A stretch of DNA of 64,000 nt from Gemmatimonadota bacterium (GTDB lineage: Bacteria > Gemmatimonadota > Gemmatimonadetes > Gemmatimonadales > GWC2-71-9). Positions 30,520 through 40,728 of this stretch are shown here, in pieces. Position numbers and translations under genes: made by a program. Numbering within the stretch: position 1 is the first letter of the stretch; each line of letters begins with the position of its first letter. The DNA lies in NCBI GenBank assembly GCA_036679605.1, contig JAZDCZ010000085.1:95404-159403 (forward strand), given 5' to 3'. The notes under the pieces are model-generated. The model did not search any database. It was given only the letters and a program-made list of their open reading frames with translations, and had not been told where the DNA came from.

Positions 30520-31553
30520 CCGACAAGTATCTCTTCTCCGCTCCTCTCGACCCTATAGGTCTTGATCGGCACCTTGGCAGGAGACCCTACGGGGGTTCCC
30601 GTCGCGAGTTCGAATTTCCCTCCATGCCAAGGGCACTGAAGGATGCAGGTCTCCGGATCCACTTGTCCCTCGGAGAGCGACGCACGACCGTGGGTACAGC
30701 GGTCGCTGACTGCATAGATCTTCCCGTTCACGTTGAACAGTGCAATCGCTTCGCTGCTGAGGTAGGCTCGCTTGCTGGTACCAGGAGGCAGATCCGACAT
30801 TTTTGCCACCACCACCATGTCGCCGGAGACATCACCTGTTTCGCGGGGTCGTGTGGTCATGCTTGATCCGCCCAGAGCGTCCAGCATGTCCCACAACGAC
30901 ATCTGAACGGCGGTGAAAACGGGAGTGTCGCGTTCGGTGTAACGTGACGAGATGCTGCCGCGCAGTTCCATAACGAGATCGAGGAACTCGGCCGGGTCGT
31001 CGCCCTCGAAGGCGACAATGAACTCTTGGTCGTCCAGTCCGAACGAATACGAAGTGTTGAGACGAATCTCGGGGTACTTGCGTCCTACCGTCACGTGTTC
31101 GTTCATCGCCTCCTGGCGCTTCTCGAACGGCAGACTCCACCAATCGCGCGTTTTCACGAACGGATAGACGAACAGGTACTTGTTGTCTGCCGGCCGGACG
31201 ATTGTGCGCATGTCGCCCTCGGGATCGTCGGGAAATTCATAGATCGACTTTCGCGTCATGCCGAGGTAGCTGTAAGCGATATCGAGATGACCGCCGAGCT
31301 CTGTCGAGAACACGGCAGTTTGCAGTGCCTGGAGAGTTTCCAGTGTCTCGGCTGCATGCCACAGCAACAGATCGCAGTCGCCTCGCGTACCCATCGTGCT
31401 GTATGTGCGCAGCAACAGTCTCTGATGAAAACCGTTGAGTGTCGAGCCGAATTCTTCTTTGTGGGCGATCTGCACTGCGGCCTCGAGCCTGCGCCATGCC
31501 GGATCGACCTTTAGAAACAGGTATCTCACGAGTTGTCTTCGTTCGCTGGCCAT
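30510..31553 (-). CDS. Chlorite dismutase/ChdC(HemQ)-family protein fused to a C-terminal Rieske [2Fe-2S] domain
   Basis: YPFVK...EH...SFGLDDQEF heme-binding signature; Rieske CTH...CPWH. Confidence 0.88.
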   Translation of the reverse strand: MASERRQLVRYLFLKVDPAWRRLEAAVQIAHKEEFGSTLNGFHQRLLLRTYSTMGTRGDCDLLLWHAAETLETLQALQTAVFSTELGGHLDIAYSYLGMTRKSIYEFPDDPEGDMRTIVRPADNKYLFVYPFVKTRDWWSLPFEKRQEAMNEHVTVGRKYPEIRLNTSYSFGLDDQEFIVAFEGDDPAEFLDLVMELRGSISSRYTERDTPVFTAVQMSLWDMLDALGGSSMTTRPRETGDVSGDMVVVAKMSDLPPGTSKRAYLSSEAIALFNVNGKIYAVSDRCTHGRASLSEGQVDPETCILQCPWHGGKFELATGTPVGSPAKVPIKTYRVERSGEEILVGWM

Positions 31554-31620
31554 TACCTACTCCGGTTTTTCCATTTCGGATAGCAGCGGCTGTCTTGCGG
31601 CGCTGTCGCGTGTAACGTAA

Positions 31621-31740
31621 CAAGGCGGCAGAACAAGAGGCGGTAGGACAAGAGGCGGTAGAACTGGGTCATACCGCCCCTACCGCCGGTGTTGGGCGGG
31701 GAGGTGTGCGGTCCCGCCCTTCTTTACCGCCGGTGTTGGG
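31621..31740. repeat. Short tandem and inverted repeat cluster between ChdC gene and tRNA
   Basis: CAA(GA)GGCGG(C/T)AG(A/G)A x3 (31621-31663), inverted TACCGCC at 31672 and 31681, TACCGCCGGTGTTGGG at 31681 and 31725. Confidence 0.8.
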
Positions 31741-31765
31741 GTTGGGCTGTGGCGGGGCTGCGATG

Positions 31766-31771
31766 TATAAT
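31766..31771 (+). promoter_or_regulatory. -10 box of tRNA-Phe promoter
   Basis: Perfect TATAAT 12 nt upstream of tRNA; duplicated at 44883-44888. Confidence 0.7.
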
Positions 31772-31783
31772 TCTCCCCCTTCG

Positions 31784-31856
31784 GGCCAGGTAGCTCAGTT
31801 GGTAGAGCAGGGGACTGAAAATCCTCGTGTCGGTGGTTCAATTCCGCCCCTGGCCA
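31784..31856 (+). tRNA. tRNA-Phe(GAA), intact, CCA not encoded
   Basis: GGCCAGG/CCTGGCC acceptor stem, GCTC/GAGC D stem, CTGAAAA anticodon loop, GGTGG-TTCAATT-CCGCC T arm. Confidence 0.97.
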
Positions 31857-31860
31857 CTCC

Positions 31861-31885
31861 AGAAGCCCCGTCAGACGGGGCTTTT
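31861..31885 (+). terminator. Rho-independent terminator after tRNA-Phe
   Basis: AAGCCCCG-TCAGA-CGGGGCTTTT. Confidence 0.85.
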
Positions 31886-31926
31886 CGCTCTAGTGGCCCT
31901 GGTCTGGGGCACCCGAAAACCCTCTC

Positions 31927-31948
31927 GTGTGCATGAATGTGCATTGAA
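31927..31948 (+). repeat. TGTGC tandem direct repeat (arm-type-site-like)
   Basis: GTGTGCATGAATGTGCATTGAA; related copies 43757-43778, 45089-45110, 53659-53680, inverted partial 38927-38941. Confidence 0.8.
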
Positions 31949-31957
31949 GATTGACCT

Positions 31958-33463
31958 TCAACGTCGCCGGATTATTCGGATCCGGGACGGCGCGTTGCTC
32001 ACCCGCTTGTGAGTCTCTAACCAGCGGACAGCGGCGCTGAACGAGCTCAGCCCAGTGTTCTCGTATCCAGGGGTGCTGCCAAAGACAATCTCCATGATCC
32101 TCTGCTCGTGCAGGTCCCCCGCCACCGAGTAGGTCGAGTCGTCGTCCAGACCCCATTCGATGACACGATTCTTGGACGGGTCATCGTGAAGCTCGAACGT
32201 TGCGCGGACTCCGGCGAGGCCTACATGCGCCGATGACCGATTCCGGCGAACGTTGAACTCGATCATCCGGCGCAGCTGCAGACCCGTCAGCTGGAAGGTG
32301 TAGATGCTGTCGCATGCGAAGGCGTCGAAGAGATTCTCAACTCGGATTTCACCAGGCGCGAACTCCGGCCCGGGTCGCCACTGGTGGGCGAACCCGATAT
32401 CAGCTGCCGTGGCCCAACGGTAGACCTCCGCCGCCCAGCGGGACGCGTTCGGTAACTCTCCCTCCAAGGTGAGCGCCGTCTCAGACACGCCGATGACGTC
32501 GGCGGGAGAACGCGAAGTTTCAGACGTCAAATTGCGACATCGATCCCTCTCTGCGAGGCTGGCAGCAATGACGCTCTCGAGCGCCTTGGCCTTTGGCTCG
32601 CCGAGGAGATGGCGATTCAGCCACCGGGCGGACTCGGGTAGGTCGTTGGCTCCATGACGCCCGCCGGCAATACGAATGAGCCGCGCTTCGACACCCTTGT
32701 CCTTCAGCGCCGCCAGCATCAGCTCGGACTGCTTGAAGGGCACCACGGGGTCAGCGTCGCCGTGAATGAAGAGAAAGGGTGGGTCGTCGGGCGTCACGTA
32801 CGTAATGGGCGACGCTTCACGATAGGTTGGGTTCCCGCGCCCCGGCCGTGAGCCCAAGAATGACACGACAGCGGGGCCGTCGAGCTGGGTAAGATCCGTG
32901 GGCGCCGCTTGCGCCACCACGGCTTGGAGCTTCGCGCTCTCTCGGTTCACCGCGTCGCCGTCGGTGGCATCTCCGTCGCCGTCCATCGCGCCGAGCAAGC
33001 TGACGAGGTGAGCGCCGGATGAGTAGCCCAAGCCGCCGAGCCGGTTCGGGTCGATGCCGAACCGCTGCGCGTGATAGCGGACGAACCGCACCGCCCGCTG
33101 CACGTCCACCACCGCCGCCGGATAGCGAAACCGCGGTGCGTTGCGGTGATTGACGACGAAGACCGTATATCCAACATGGAGGAAGATCTCAGGTGCGCCG
33201 TTGCGCTTGAGCTGCCGGGCTTCGTACGTAGTCGGCCCATGCCATCCGCTTCCCCAGATCAGGATTACCCCGGCTCCGTTGGGCTCGGCAGGATGATGTA
33301 CGTCCATGAGTAGGGCGGCGCCGGAGTACATGCCGTAGACCACATTCCATTCCACACGGGCTTGCGCCGATAGTGACGGTGCCGCAAGCAGCCAGGCCAT
33401 GCACACGCAAAGCACGCACCGCAGCAGCTCACCCTGAAAGAACGAACGGTGTGAGTGTATCAT
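31958..33463 (-). CDS. Exported alpha/beta hydrolase (esterase) fused to a 5'-nucleotidase C-terminal-like domain
   Basis: GYSSG nucleophile elbow, [15 protein letters not shown]-terminal ADIGF...[10 protein letters not shown]...[11 protein letters not shown]; exact start uncertain. Confidence 0.75.
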   Translation of the reverse strand: MIHSHRSFFQGELLRCVLCVCMAWLLAAPSLSAQARVEWNVVYGMYSGAALLMDVHHPAEPNGAGVILIWGSGWHGPTTYEARQLKRNGAPEIFLHVGYTVFVVNHRNAPRFRYPAAVVDVQRAVRFVRYHAQRFGIDPNRLGGLGYSSGAHLVSLLGAMDGDGDATDGDAVNRESAKLQAVVAQAAPTDLTQLDGPAVVSFLGSRPGRGNPTYREASPITYVTPDDPPFLFIHGDADPVVPFKQSELMLAALKDKGVEARLIRIAGGRHGANDLPESARWLNRHLLGEPKAKALESVIAASLAERDRCRNLTSETSRSPADVIGVSETALTLEGELPNASRWAAEVYRWATAADIGFAHQWRPGPEFAPGEIRVENLFDAFACDSIYTFQLTGLQLRRMIEFNVRRNRSSAHVGLAGVRATFELHDDPSKNRVIEWGLDDDSTYSVAGDLHEQRIMEIVFGSTPGYENTGLSSFSAAVRWLETHKRVSNAPSRIRIIRRR

Positions 33464-33607
33464 GGCTCTGCTCCTGTTTCATGTTTTTGCCGACGCTGGT
33501 GTCACCCCTGTCTTGTGAACTCCACGCTCAGTGCGGCGACCAATTCCGGTTGCGTGTATGGCAACCTTCAGAGGAAGCGCGAGCGACCGAAGGCCCAACC
33601 CACAACA

Positions 33608-35155
33608 TTACTTCCGCTCCTCCTCCAACCGCAGGAACTCGGCGAACAGAAACGGATTCGCCCGATAGGGGCCGTGAAGACCGCAAACACGTCGATGTGT
33701 CACATACGTGGTCACTCCCGGAAACAGGATGGTGACCGGCTGCTCGGCAGCAATGATGGGCATGAGAACCTCGTAGAGGCTGTCCTCGACGGCCGGATCC
33801 ATCGTCTCCTGTGCTTCGTCAATTAATGCACGGACGCGGGGATTCTCGTACTGGATTGCGACTTTTCCGTTCAGCCATTCGATATCACCCGGCTGAAACG
33901 GCTCGAATCGGCCGAACGCCGACTGGAAGTCACCCGCCCGCAGCAGCCCGCGAAATCCTCCCGTCAGCGTCTGAATCTCCATCCGCACACCGATCTCTCG
34001 GAATTGCGACTGGACATACACGGCCGTTCTGGCGAGTTGAGGGGTCCCGACGAGTGCCGTGAACTCGAAGATCTCATCGCCTCGTTCGCGAACCCCGTCT
34101 TTGTCGACATCCCGCCAGCCGGCTTGATCGAGCAGGGTTCTCGCCTGGTCCTTGTCATGCGGCATCGGCGCGGGCAGGGCCCCGCGGAGATACTGCCGCT
34201 CAGTGTACACCACGTCGAGCACGGGGAAGGTCTCGGGGAGTGCCTGTATGCGATACAGCTCTACACGATCGATCGCCATCGTGAGCGCCCGGCGCACCCG
34301 AGCGTCGTCAAAACGCGGGTCGCCGTGATTCCAGAAGATGCCGACGAGGTTGCCTGCGCCCGGCCACATCTGGTGATGGATCGTGAATCGCGCATCGTCG
34401 TCGACCTTGGGCAGCGCGACGCGATCCATTGTGATGACGTCCACGTTGCCGCTCAACAGCTCTACCAAAGATGCGCTGCTGCCGAACTGGAGTACGACTC
34501 GATCGATACTCGGCTTGCCTGCGTAGTAGTCGGGATTGGCCTCGAGCTCGATCATCGTCTTGGGTATGTGCCTCACGTAGCGGTAAGGGCCATTGCCCAC
34601 CGGTCGTGTCCAGAAATCCCACTCTGCGAAGTCGGCCGGATCCATCTCGTCCAGTAGATGCTTCGGGTAATACACCATCCACCGGTCGGGAACGTCCGTA
34701 CCCGGGCGTCTGTGATAGGTGATCGTGTACGTCGTATCGTCGATCACCTCGACTGTTTGCCCCGTCGGTCTCATCAACACAGCGTCTCGGTGACTCAGGA
34801 GGTCGAACGTGAACGCGACATCATGCGCCGTAACCGGAGCACCATCGTGCCACTTGACGTCTGATCGCAACCGGATGGTCCAGGTCCGATAGTCATCGGA
34901 ATGTTCCCAACTCTGCGCCAGTCTGGGAGTCCGCTCACCACGCTCGTCCCAACTCGCCAACGGCAGAAACATCAGGAACTTCGCATAGGAATCCCACACG
35001 GGACTGAGCGCCCGCTCGTCGAATCCCGGTAAGTGCAGGGTGAGTGTCGATAGTTGATCGGTCGTGGCGTCACGACCCGACGTACAGCCCGCAGACGTTG
35101 CTAGACAGGCTGCCACAACCAAGCCCGTCGTCCAGCGAAGGGGAACCCAACACAT
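33608..35155 (-). CDS. Peptide/nickel ABC transporter substrate-binding protein (family 5), orphan
   Basis: LAQSWE, LRSDVKWHDGAPVTAHDV, PVGNGPY, VRRALTMAIDR; SAG-C lipobox; no permease nearby. Confidence 0.9.
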   Translation of the reverse strand: MCWVPLRWTTGLVVAACLATSAGCTSGRDATTDQLSTLTLHLPGFDERALSPVWDSYAKFLMFLPLASWDERGERTPRLAQSWEHSDDYRTWTIRLRSDVKWHDGAPVTAHDVAFTFDLLSHRDAVLMRPTGQTVEVIDDTTYTITYHRRPGTDVPDRWMVYYPKHLLDEMDPADFAEWDFWTRPVGNGPYRYVRHIPKTMIELEANPDYYAGKPSIDRVVLQFGSSASLVELLSGNVDVITMDRVALPKVDDDARFTIHHQMWPGAGNLVGIFWNHGDPRFDDARVRRALTMAIDRVELYRIQALPETFPVLDVVYTERQYLRGALPAPMPHDKDQARTLLDQAGWRDVDKDGVRERGDEIFEFTALVGTPQLARTAVYVQSQFREIGVRMEIQTLTGGFRGLLRAGDFQSAFGRFEPFQPGDIEWLNGKVAIQYENPRVRALIDEAQETMDPAVEDSLYEVLMPIIAAEQPVTILFPGVTTYVTHRRVCGLHGPYRANPFLFAEFLRLEEERK

Positions 35156-35330
35156 CGTCACACCCTCTGACTGGTAACGCTTGCTGTCGTGTGCATGTCC
35201 CAACGGACTGCGAGTTTTTAGCGCTGCAAGAAACGACGACAATGTGAGGCGTCTTATGATACGCTGGGTTCTCTCTTGAGGGGAAAGAATTAACATGCTT
35301 GCGGATACCAAGGTCTGCAAGAGGGACAGC

Positions 35331-35467
35331 AGTGGGGACCCGCGTTACTGCCCGCTAGATGGGACCCGTTGGGCGAAGAAAGTATACCTCTGTGCTGAGC
35401 GAGTGTGTCATAGGCCACCGTGCTTCCAGTACGTCAGCTGCGACTCTGCCAAGTGCCAGAATCCCAC
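35331..35467. repeat. 137-bp GGGACC-motif repeat, copy 1
   Basis: Closely matches 47821-47957; partial copies 38695-38732 and 62403-62460. Confidence 0.9.
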
Positions 35468-35509
35468 GTCGCTGGCCGACATGCCCATCGCGCCGTACCT
35501 TAGGCAGTT

Positions 35510-38500
35510 ATGGTTGACCTCCTGAGCCGTCTCCAAACCGCCGTCGGCGACACCTACGCCATTGAGAGAGAACTCGGTGGCGGCGGCATGTCCCGGGTCT
35601 TTCTCGCGGAGGAGACTCGGCTCGATCGCAAGGTCGTCATCAAGCTGCTTCCGCCGGAGATGGGTGCCGGCGTCAACGTTGAGCGGTTCGAGCGCGAGAT
35701 CAAGCTCGCGGCCAAGCTGCAACACCCGCACATAGTGCCACTTCTCACCGCCGGATCCGAAGGCGACTTGCTGTGGTACGTCATGCCGTACATCGAGGGC
35801 GAATCCCTGCGGGCGAAGCTTGCGCGGGAAGGCGAGCTGCCGATCGGCGACGCGGTGCGGATCCTGAAAGAAGTGCTCGACGCGTTGCAGTACGCGCACT
35901 CGCACAGGGTCGTCCATCGAGACATCAAGCCCGACAACGTGCTGTTATCCGGCAACCACGCGGTGGTGACGGACTTCGGAGTGGCGAAGGCCGTAAGCGC
36001 CTCCACGGGAGAGTCGTCGCTGACCTCGCTAGGCGTCGCGCTGGGGACGCCGGCCTACATGTCGCCCGAACAAGCCGCGGCCGATCCGCATGTCGATCAC
36101 CGCGCGGACATTTACGCTATCGGTGCCATGGCATACGAAATGTTGACCGGCCGGCCACCGTTCACTGGGACCAATGCCCAACAGGTTCTGGCGGCACATA
36201 TGACGAACGACCCCGATCCCGTCACGACGCATCGGGGGACCGTACCGCCGGCGCTGAACGAGGTCATTCTGCGTTGTCTGCACAAGAAGCCCGCCGATCG
36301 CTTCCAACGTGCCGACGAGATGATTCCGCATCTCGATGCGATCCTGACGCCGAGTGGTGGGATGACGCCAACCGGCACGCAGCCCGTCCAGGCCATCGAC
36401 TATGAGGCCCGGATTAAGCAGGCGCATCCGGTACGCGTCGCAAGTTTGTTCGGACTCGCGTCGGTGGGCGCGCTTGCGATCATCTACGTGATGATGAACG
36501 TGATCGGGCTACCAGACTGGGTGCTCTACGGAGCGATCGGCCTGCTCGTCGTCGGTCTCCCGATCATGCTCCTCACCGGGAAACGCGAACGGCAACAAGC
36601 CATTGCAACGATGACCGGTGTCCGGATGCCCACGCCGACTGGCATGCAACGCCACCTCACGTGGAGAAAGTCCACGATTGGCGGAGCGCTCGCGTTTGTT
36701 GGCCTTGCGATCGTCGTCGCCGGCTACATGGCCATGCGCGTGATAGGTATCGGACCTGTTGGGACGCTCGTTGCCAGAGGAGTCCTTGAGGCAAACGAGC
36801 GCGTCATCATTTCCGACTTCGCGAACGCTACCGACGATTCGACGCTAAGCGAAACGGTCACCGAGTTATTGCGCATCGACCTCGGGCAATCACCGATCAT
36901 CATCGTGATGAGCCGCGGGCAGGTCTCCGATGCTCTCGAGCGCATGGAACGCGATCCCGACGCCATCGTCACTTCGGAACTGGCCGAAGAAATTGCCGTC
37001 CGCGAGGGGCTCAAGGCTTATATCGATGGTGAGATCCGGTCCGTTGGACAAGAATTCGTCGTGTCCGGTCGGTTGACCGCCGTCGGTACCGGTGACGAAC
37101 TCGTGACCGCCCGAGAGACTGCTTCCGACGCTGGGGAGATCATCGACGCGGTTGACCGCCTGTCCCTCCGATTTCGTGAGCGCATCGGTGAATCGCTACG
37201 AACTGTGCGCGCGGATCCGCCGTTGGCGAACGTCACCACCGGCTCCTTAGAGGCCCTCAGGCTTTACGCGCAGGCCCAACGCCTGTCCAACCAGGGCGAC
37301 GGTCAGCGGGCGATCGCGTTGCTCGAAGAAGCGGTCGCGCGCGACACGATGTTCGCGATGGCCTACCGCTCGCTCGGGACGTTCCAGACGAACCCGCAGT
37401 TCCGGCGTCAAATGGGACTCAGCGGCGATTCGGCACTTCGCCGCGCGTACACGCTTCGCAATCGGGTTTCGGAGGTGGAACGCTATCTGATCGAAGCCAT
37501 ATATTGGTTCCGCGCGGAAAACGACCTCGAAAAGGCCGCCACCGCATACGTGGCACTGCTCGAGAATTATCCTACCAATGGGACCGCCCTCAACAACGTG
37601 GCGGTCGTCTACACCGTCATGGGACGCTTCGCCGAGCGTGACGAGATGTACTTGCGCGCGATCGCGGCCGGCACCGCACCCAATTTCTCGTATATCAACC
37701 TGATGGGCAGTCTTCGGGACCGCGGTCAGCACGGGCGGGCTGACAGTATCCTGGCACTGTTTTCCGAGCGCTTTCCTGAGAGTCCCGAGGTCCCGCTGCA
37801 GGCATCGAATCTGGCAGCCGCTAGAATGAATTGGGTCGAGTCCGCTCGAATCGCCGAAGAGGCGCGCACGACGCAACCTGCAATTGAAGTGTGGGCCAAC
37901 TTCCGACTTGGATCCCTGGCTTGGCTGCAGGGGGAGATCGCGAGGGCGAATCGTTTCTGGGAAGAAGCAATTCGCGTCGTTGCGCAGCAGCAAAGCGTAG
38001 CGTCAGACGATCGCGATTTTCGAATCGAGTTGTCACTCCTCGGGACGCAGGTCTGGTTCGCCGAGAATCCGTCCGACTACGTCGACGATATTGAGCGCCT
38101 GTGGCTGCAAAACCTCGGATTCACCGCGGACTTGCCGCCGCAAGGACGACGCCACCTACGGTTCGGCGACCTCTTTGTTCGAGCAGGCAGACCGGACCGG
38201 GCGCAGCAATTGCACAATGAGTTCATCGCCGTCCTGCCTGAGTCGGATCGCGAACGGCTCTTTTGGCGAATCACCCTTCGGCGTGACCAAGGGGACATCA
38301 TGATCGCTGACGGACGCGCACCCGAGGCAGCAGAACTCTTCAAGGCGGTGCGAAGAGATCGCTTGCAATGCACGCTCTGCGAACTCGCCGATATCGGTCA
38401 TGCGTACGACGTCGCCGGCAATACCGATTCAGCGCTTGCGTACTTCACGACGTACCTGGAAACGGAGGGCGACCGCCTAGACGACGATCAGGAATGGCTC

Positions 38501-38674
38501 GCCGCGATTCTCCGTAGATCCGGCGAGTTGCATGAAGCGCAAGGAGAGGATGGTAAAGCGGTGGAGTACTACAGCCGTTTCGTCGAACTCTGGGAGAACG
38601 CGGACCCCTTGTTGCAGGAACAGGTAAACGACGTGCGGGGGCGGATTGCGAGGTTGGTGGGGGAGAACCGGTAG
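35510..38674 (+). CDS. Ser/Thr protein kinase with TM helices and TPR-rich C-terminal region
   Basis: LGGGGMS, HRDIKPDN, DFG, GTPAYMSPE; 3 TM segments; TPR-like helices. Confidence 0.93.
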   Translation: MVDLLSRLQTAVGDTYAIERELGGGGMSRVFLAEETRLDRKVVIKLLPPEMGAGVNVERFEREIKLAAKLQHPHIVPLLTAGSEGDLLWYVMPYIEGESLRAKLAREGELPIGDAVRILKEVLDALQYAHSHRVVHRDIKPDNVLLSGNHAVVTDFGVAKAVSASTGESSLTSLGVALGTPAYMSPEQAAADPHVDHRADIYAIGAMAYEMLTGRPPFTGTNAQQVLAAHMTNDPDPVTTHRGTVPPALNEVILRCLHKKPADRFQRADEMIPHLDAILTPSGGMTPTGTQPVQAIDYEARIKQAHPVRVASLFGLASVGALAIIYVMMNVIGLPDWVLYGAIGLLVVGLPIMLLTGKRERQQAIATMTGVRMPTPTGMQRHLTWRKSTIGGALAFVGLAIVVAGYMAMRVIGIGPVGTLVARGVLEANERVIISDFANATDDSTLSETVTELLRIDLGQSPIIIVMSRGQVSDALERMERDPDAIVTSELAEEIAVREGLKAYIDGEIRSVGQEFVVSGRLTAVGTGDELVTARETASDAGEIIDAVDRLSLRFRERIGESLRTVRADPPLANVTTGSLEALRLYAQAQRLSNQGDGQRAIALLEEAVARDTMFAMAYRSLGTFQTNPQFRRQMGLSGDSALRRAYTLRNRVSEVERYLIEAIYWFRAENDLEKAATAYVALLENYPTNGTALNNVAVVYTVMGRFAERDEMYLRAIAAGTAPNFSYINLMGSLRDRGQHGRADSILALFSERFPESPEVPLQASNLAAARMNWVESARIAEEARTTQPAIEVWANFRLGSLAWLQGEIARANRFWEEAIRVVAQQQSVASDDRDFRIELSLLGTQVWFAENPSDYVDDIERLWLQNLGFTADLPPQGRRHLRFGDLFVRAGRPDRAQQLHNEFIAVLPESDRERLFWRITLRRDQGDIMIADGRAPEAAELFKAVRRDRLQCTLCELADIGHAYDVAGNTDSALAYFTTYLETEGDRLDDDQEWLAAILRRSGELHEAQGEDGKAVEYYSRFVELWENADPLLQEQVNDVRGRIARLVGENR

Positions 38675-39005
38675 AACCCTCGCCGCGCGGATCCAGATGG
38701 GACCCTTGGGCAAAGAAGGCACAATCTGAGCGGGTCCTATGGAATGGTACAGCCGGCGGGTCCTTTCTTGGGTTCGGAGAGTATGACTCGTTCAGAGGAT
38801 TGAGACGAATATCTCCCGGGTGCTTCCTTTGCTTCCGCTGGGTCTTGAGCAATTCAGGGAGTATCCGGATACGGATGTGGCCCGTCGAGACCCGCGTGAC
38901 ACAAGGGGAAAACTGCCCCAAGAAATCACATTCAAGGCACATGGGCCCGGGAGCCGCGTCCTGACGGGGCTCGCGATACGGTCAGGGGATTAGCAATCCT
39001 CTGCT

Positions 39006-39051
39006 CTAGTTCCCCACCTTCGCCTTCAACTCCTCGAAGAAGTTCTCGACC
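39006..39051 (-). repeat. Orphan 3' tail of kinase-TolB gene (VENFFEELKAKVGN*)
   Basis: 45-nt identity to gene end at 62461-62505; lies about 70 nt after the MFS stop. Confidence 0.9.
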
Positions 39052-39119
39052 AAAAGTCCACGAGAAAGAGGCCCGTGAGCGCCGCGCGAAACAGGACTCG
39101 ACGCAAGCAGCTTTATGTT

Positions 39120-40325
39120 CTACGAAGAGCCTGAAGCCTCGCCGACTACTGGAGCCGCGCGTAAACGAAACACCAAGACCATCACAAACGCCAGCGTCGT
39201 TGCCGCTACAGAGAACGGAATCGCATAACCTAGTCCCTCGCTCCCAGTGCTTTCCAAGACCGGTCCGACGAACTGAGCGACGCCGCCGCTGATTGCTCCG
39301 AGGATACCGAGTATCAGGCCCCACTCCTCCCGACGAGTTCCATGGGTGACGAGCGCCGTCACAACTATGAAGAAGCAGGCTCTTGCGATCGGCATCACGG
39401 ATAGGATTAGCCAGGATGGCACGAGCCACATCGGCAGGAGGATGCTAACGAGCGCCAGGACCAGCAGCCCTGCGCCAAGCTGCATCACGCGGATCTCACC
39501 CAACCAATCCACGAGTCGACCCAATACGACTGCTAGCATCGCCACCGAAATCACCGCGGCATAGATAGGGAAGATCGTTTGGTCGGTCGCTCCGGAACCC
39601 ACTTCCAAGTTCAGCGCGAGCACCTCACTCATGGCCATCAAGCCGAGCGCGCCCCCACAGTAGATCCACACGAGGCGTGTGATCTTCCCCCTGGGCGCAA
39701 AGACCATATCCACGATCACCTCGCGAATCGAACGCGACAAGTGGCGCTGCAGTTGCTCCTTCGAGAGGCGTGAATCGGGTAACCAGCGGAAGGCGAAACC
39801 GAGGTTGAGGAGAACGACGGCTGCTGCCAGGAGGCCGGGCGCAGCCGTGCCCAGCCCGAAAGCCAGCGATCCAAGCGGGGCCCCGATCGTGATCCCGAGT
39901 AGCAGAGCGAGCGCTAGCCATCCAAGTCCCCTGGCCCGGTCCTTGGGTTCGGTCATATCCGCTACGTAGGCGTGCAGTACTCCGATCGTCCCCATAGCGA
40001 TGCCCTGCAGCGAGAGTGACAGGAATAACATCCACACGTTCGCAGTGAGACCGAACCCGGCAAACGCGATTGCGGAGGTTCCCATACCCGCCAGATAAGG
40101 CAGGCGTCGACCACGCCGGTCGGACAAACGCCCCCAGAACGGGGCGGAGACCAACTGTGCAATAAAGAGCACAGTCATCCAGTCCGTCCCTGGGTTCCCA
40201 TCCAACCGAATGGCGTAGAACGGAATGAGCGGGAACACCATCCCTAATGCGCTCGCGTTCACAAACGCAGTCACCAACAGCACCGATAAGTGCTGGAGGG
40301 CTCCGCTCGAAGAACCTTTCGCCAT
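39120..40325 (-). CDS. MFS transporter (TetA/DHA1-like)
   Basis: Motif A GRLSDRRGRR, AYVADMT...RARGLG, about 12 TM; ATG 40325 after GGAG. Confidence 0.9.
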   Translation of the reverse strand: MAKGSSSGALQHLSVLLVTAFVNASALGMVFPLIPFYAIRLDGNPGTDWMTVLFIAQLVSAPFWGRLSDRRGRRLPYLAGMGTSAIAFAGFGLTANVWMLFLSLSLQGIAMGTIGVLHAYVADMTEPKDRARGLGWLALALLLGITIGAPLGSLAFGLGTAAPGLLAAAVVLLNLGFAFRWLPDSRLSKEQLQRHLSRSIREVIVDMVFAPRGKITRLVWIYCGGALGLMAMSEVLALNLEVGSGATDQTIFPIYAAVISVAMLAVVLGRLVDWLGEIRVMQLGAGLLVLALVSILLPMWLVPSWLILSVMPIARACFFIVVTALVTHGTRREEWGLILGILGAISGGVAQFVGPVLESTGSEGLGYAIPFSVAATTLAFVMVLVFRLRAAPVVGEASGSS

Positions 40326-40520
40326 TAGCTCACTCCGGACCGTCGCGTCCCGGTCCCCTCTCAAGCTTCGGCAAGGACATCCCCACAAGCATTGCAGCCA
40401 ACATCGGTAACCATTTCATCTGACACCCCGCTGCCGTATCGTTAAAAGGCTTTGACGCTTCTTCTCACAAAGCAGCCCGTGAAGTGAGCCAGCGGCTCAA
40501 ACGCACATATCCCTGGGGTT

Positions 40521-40643
40521 TCAGAAGCGATGCTCGGGGGTCCCAACGCGTTCGATCTTGTAGCGGTCCGCAAGGGCGGTCGAGAGCTTGGACGTGATCT
40601 CGATCATGGGGCTAAGATGCAGTGCCGAAGCTCAGAGGGCCAG
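40521..40643 (-). pseudogene. Orphan kinase 5' stub with its upstream leader
   Basis: MIEITSKLSTALADRYKIER then unrelated VGTPEHRF*; leader matches 53582-53620. Confidence 0.85.
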
Positions 40644-40694
40644 GAGAGGGCGGAAATCCTGCGGGTTAACACCTCTCCGCGATGGAGGTCCTAG

Positions 40695-40724
40695 CTAGTT
40701 CCCCACCTTCGCCTTCAACTCCTC
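40695..40724 (-). repeat. Orphan 3' tail (EELKAKVGN*)
   Basis: 30-nt identity to 62461-62490, 4 nt after the stop of kinase 40729-42996. Confidence 0.85.
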
Positions 40725-40728
40725 AAGT

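Noticed and set aside
31621..31740. CRISPR array
   Set aside because: Units are ~15 nt, adjacent, without unique spacers; no cas genes in the window.
35408..35917. Antisense ORFs opposite kinase genes (also 50487-51062, 53360-53707, 42310-42669)
   Set aside because: Recurrent shadow frames of GC-rich kinase coding sequence.
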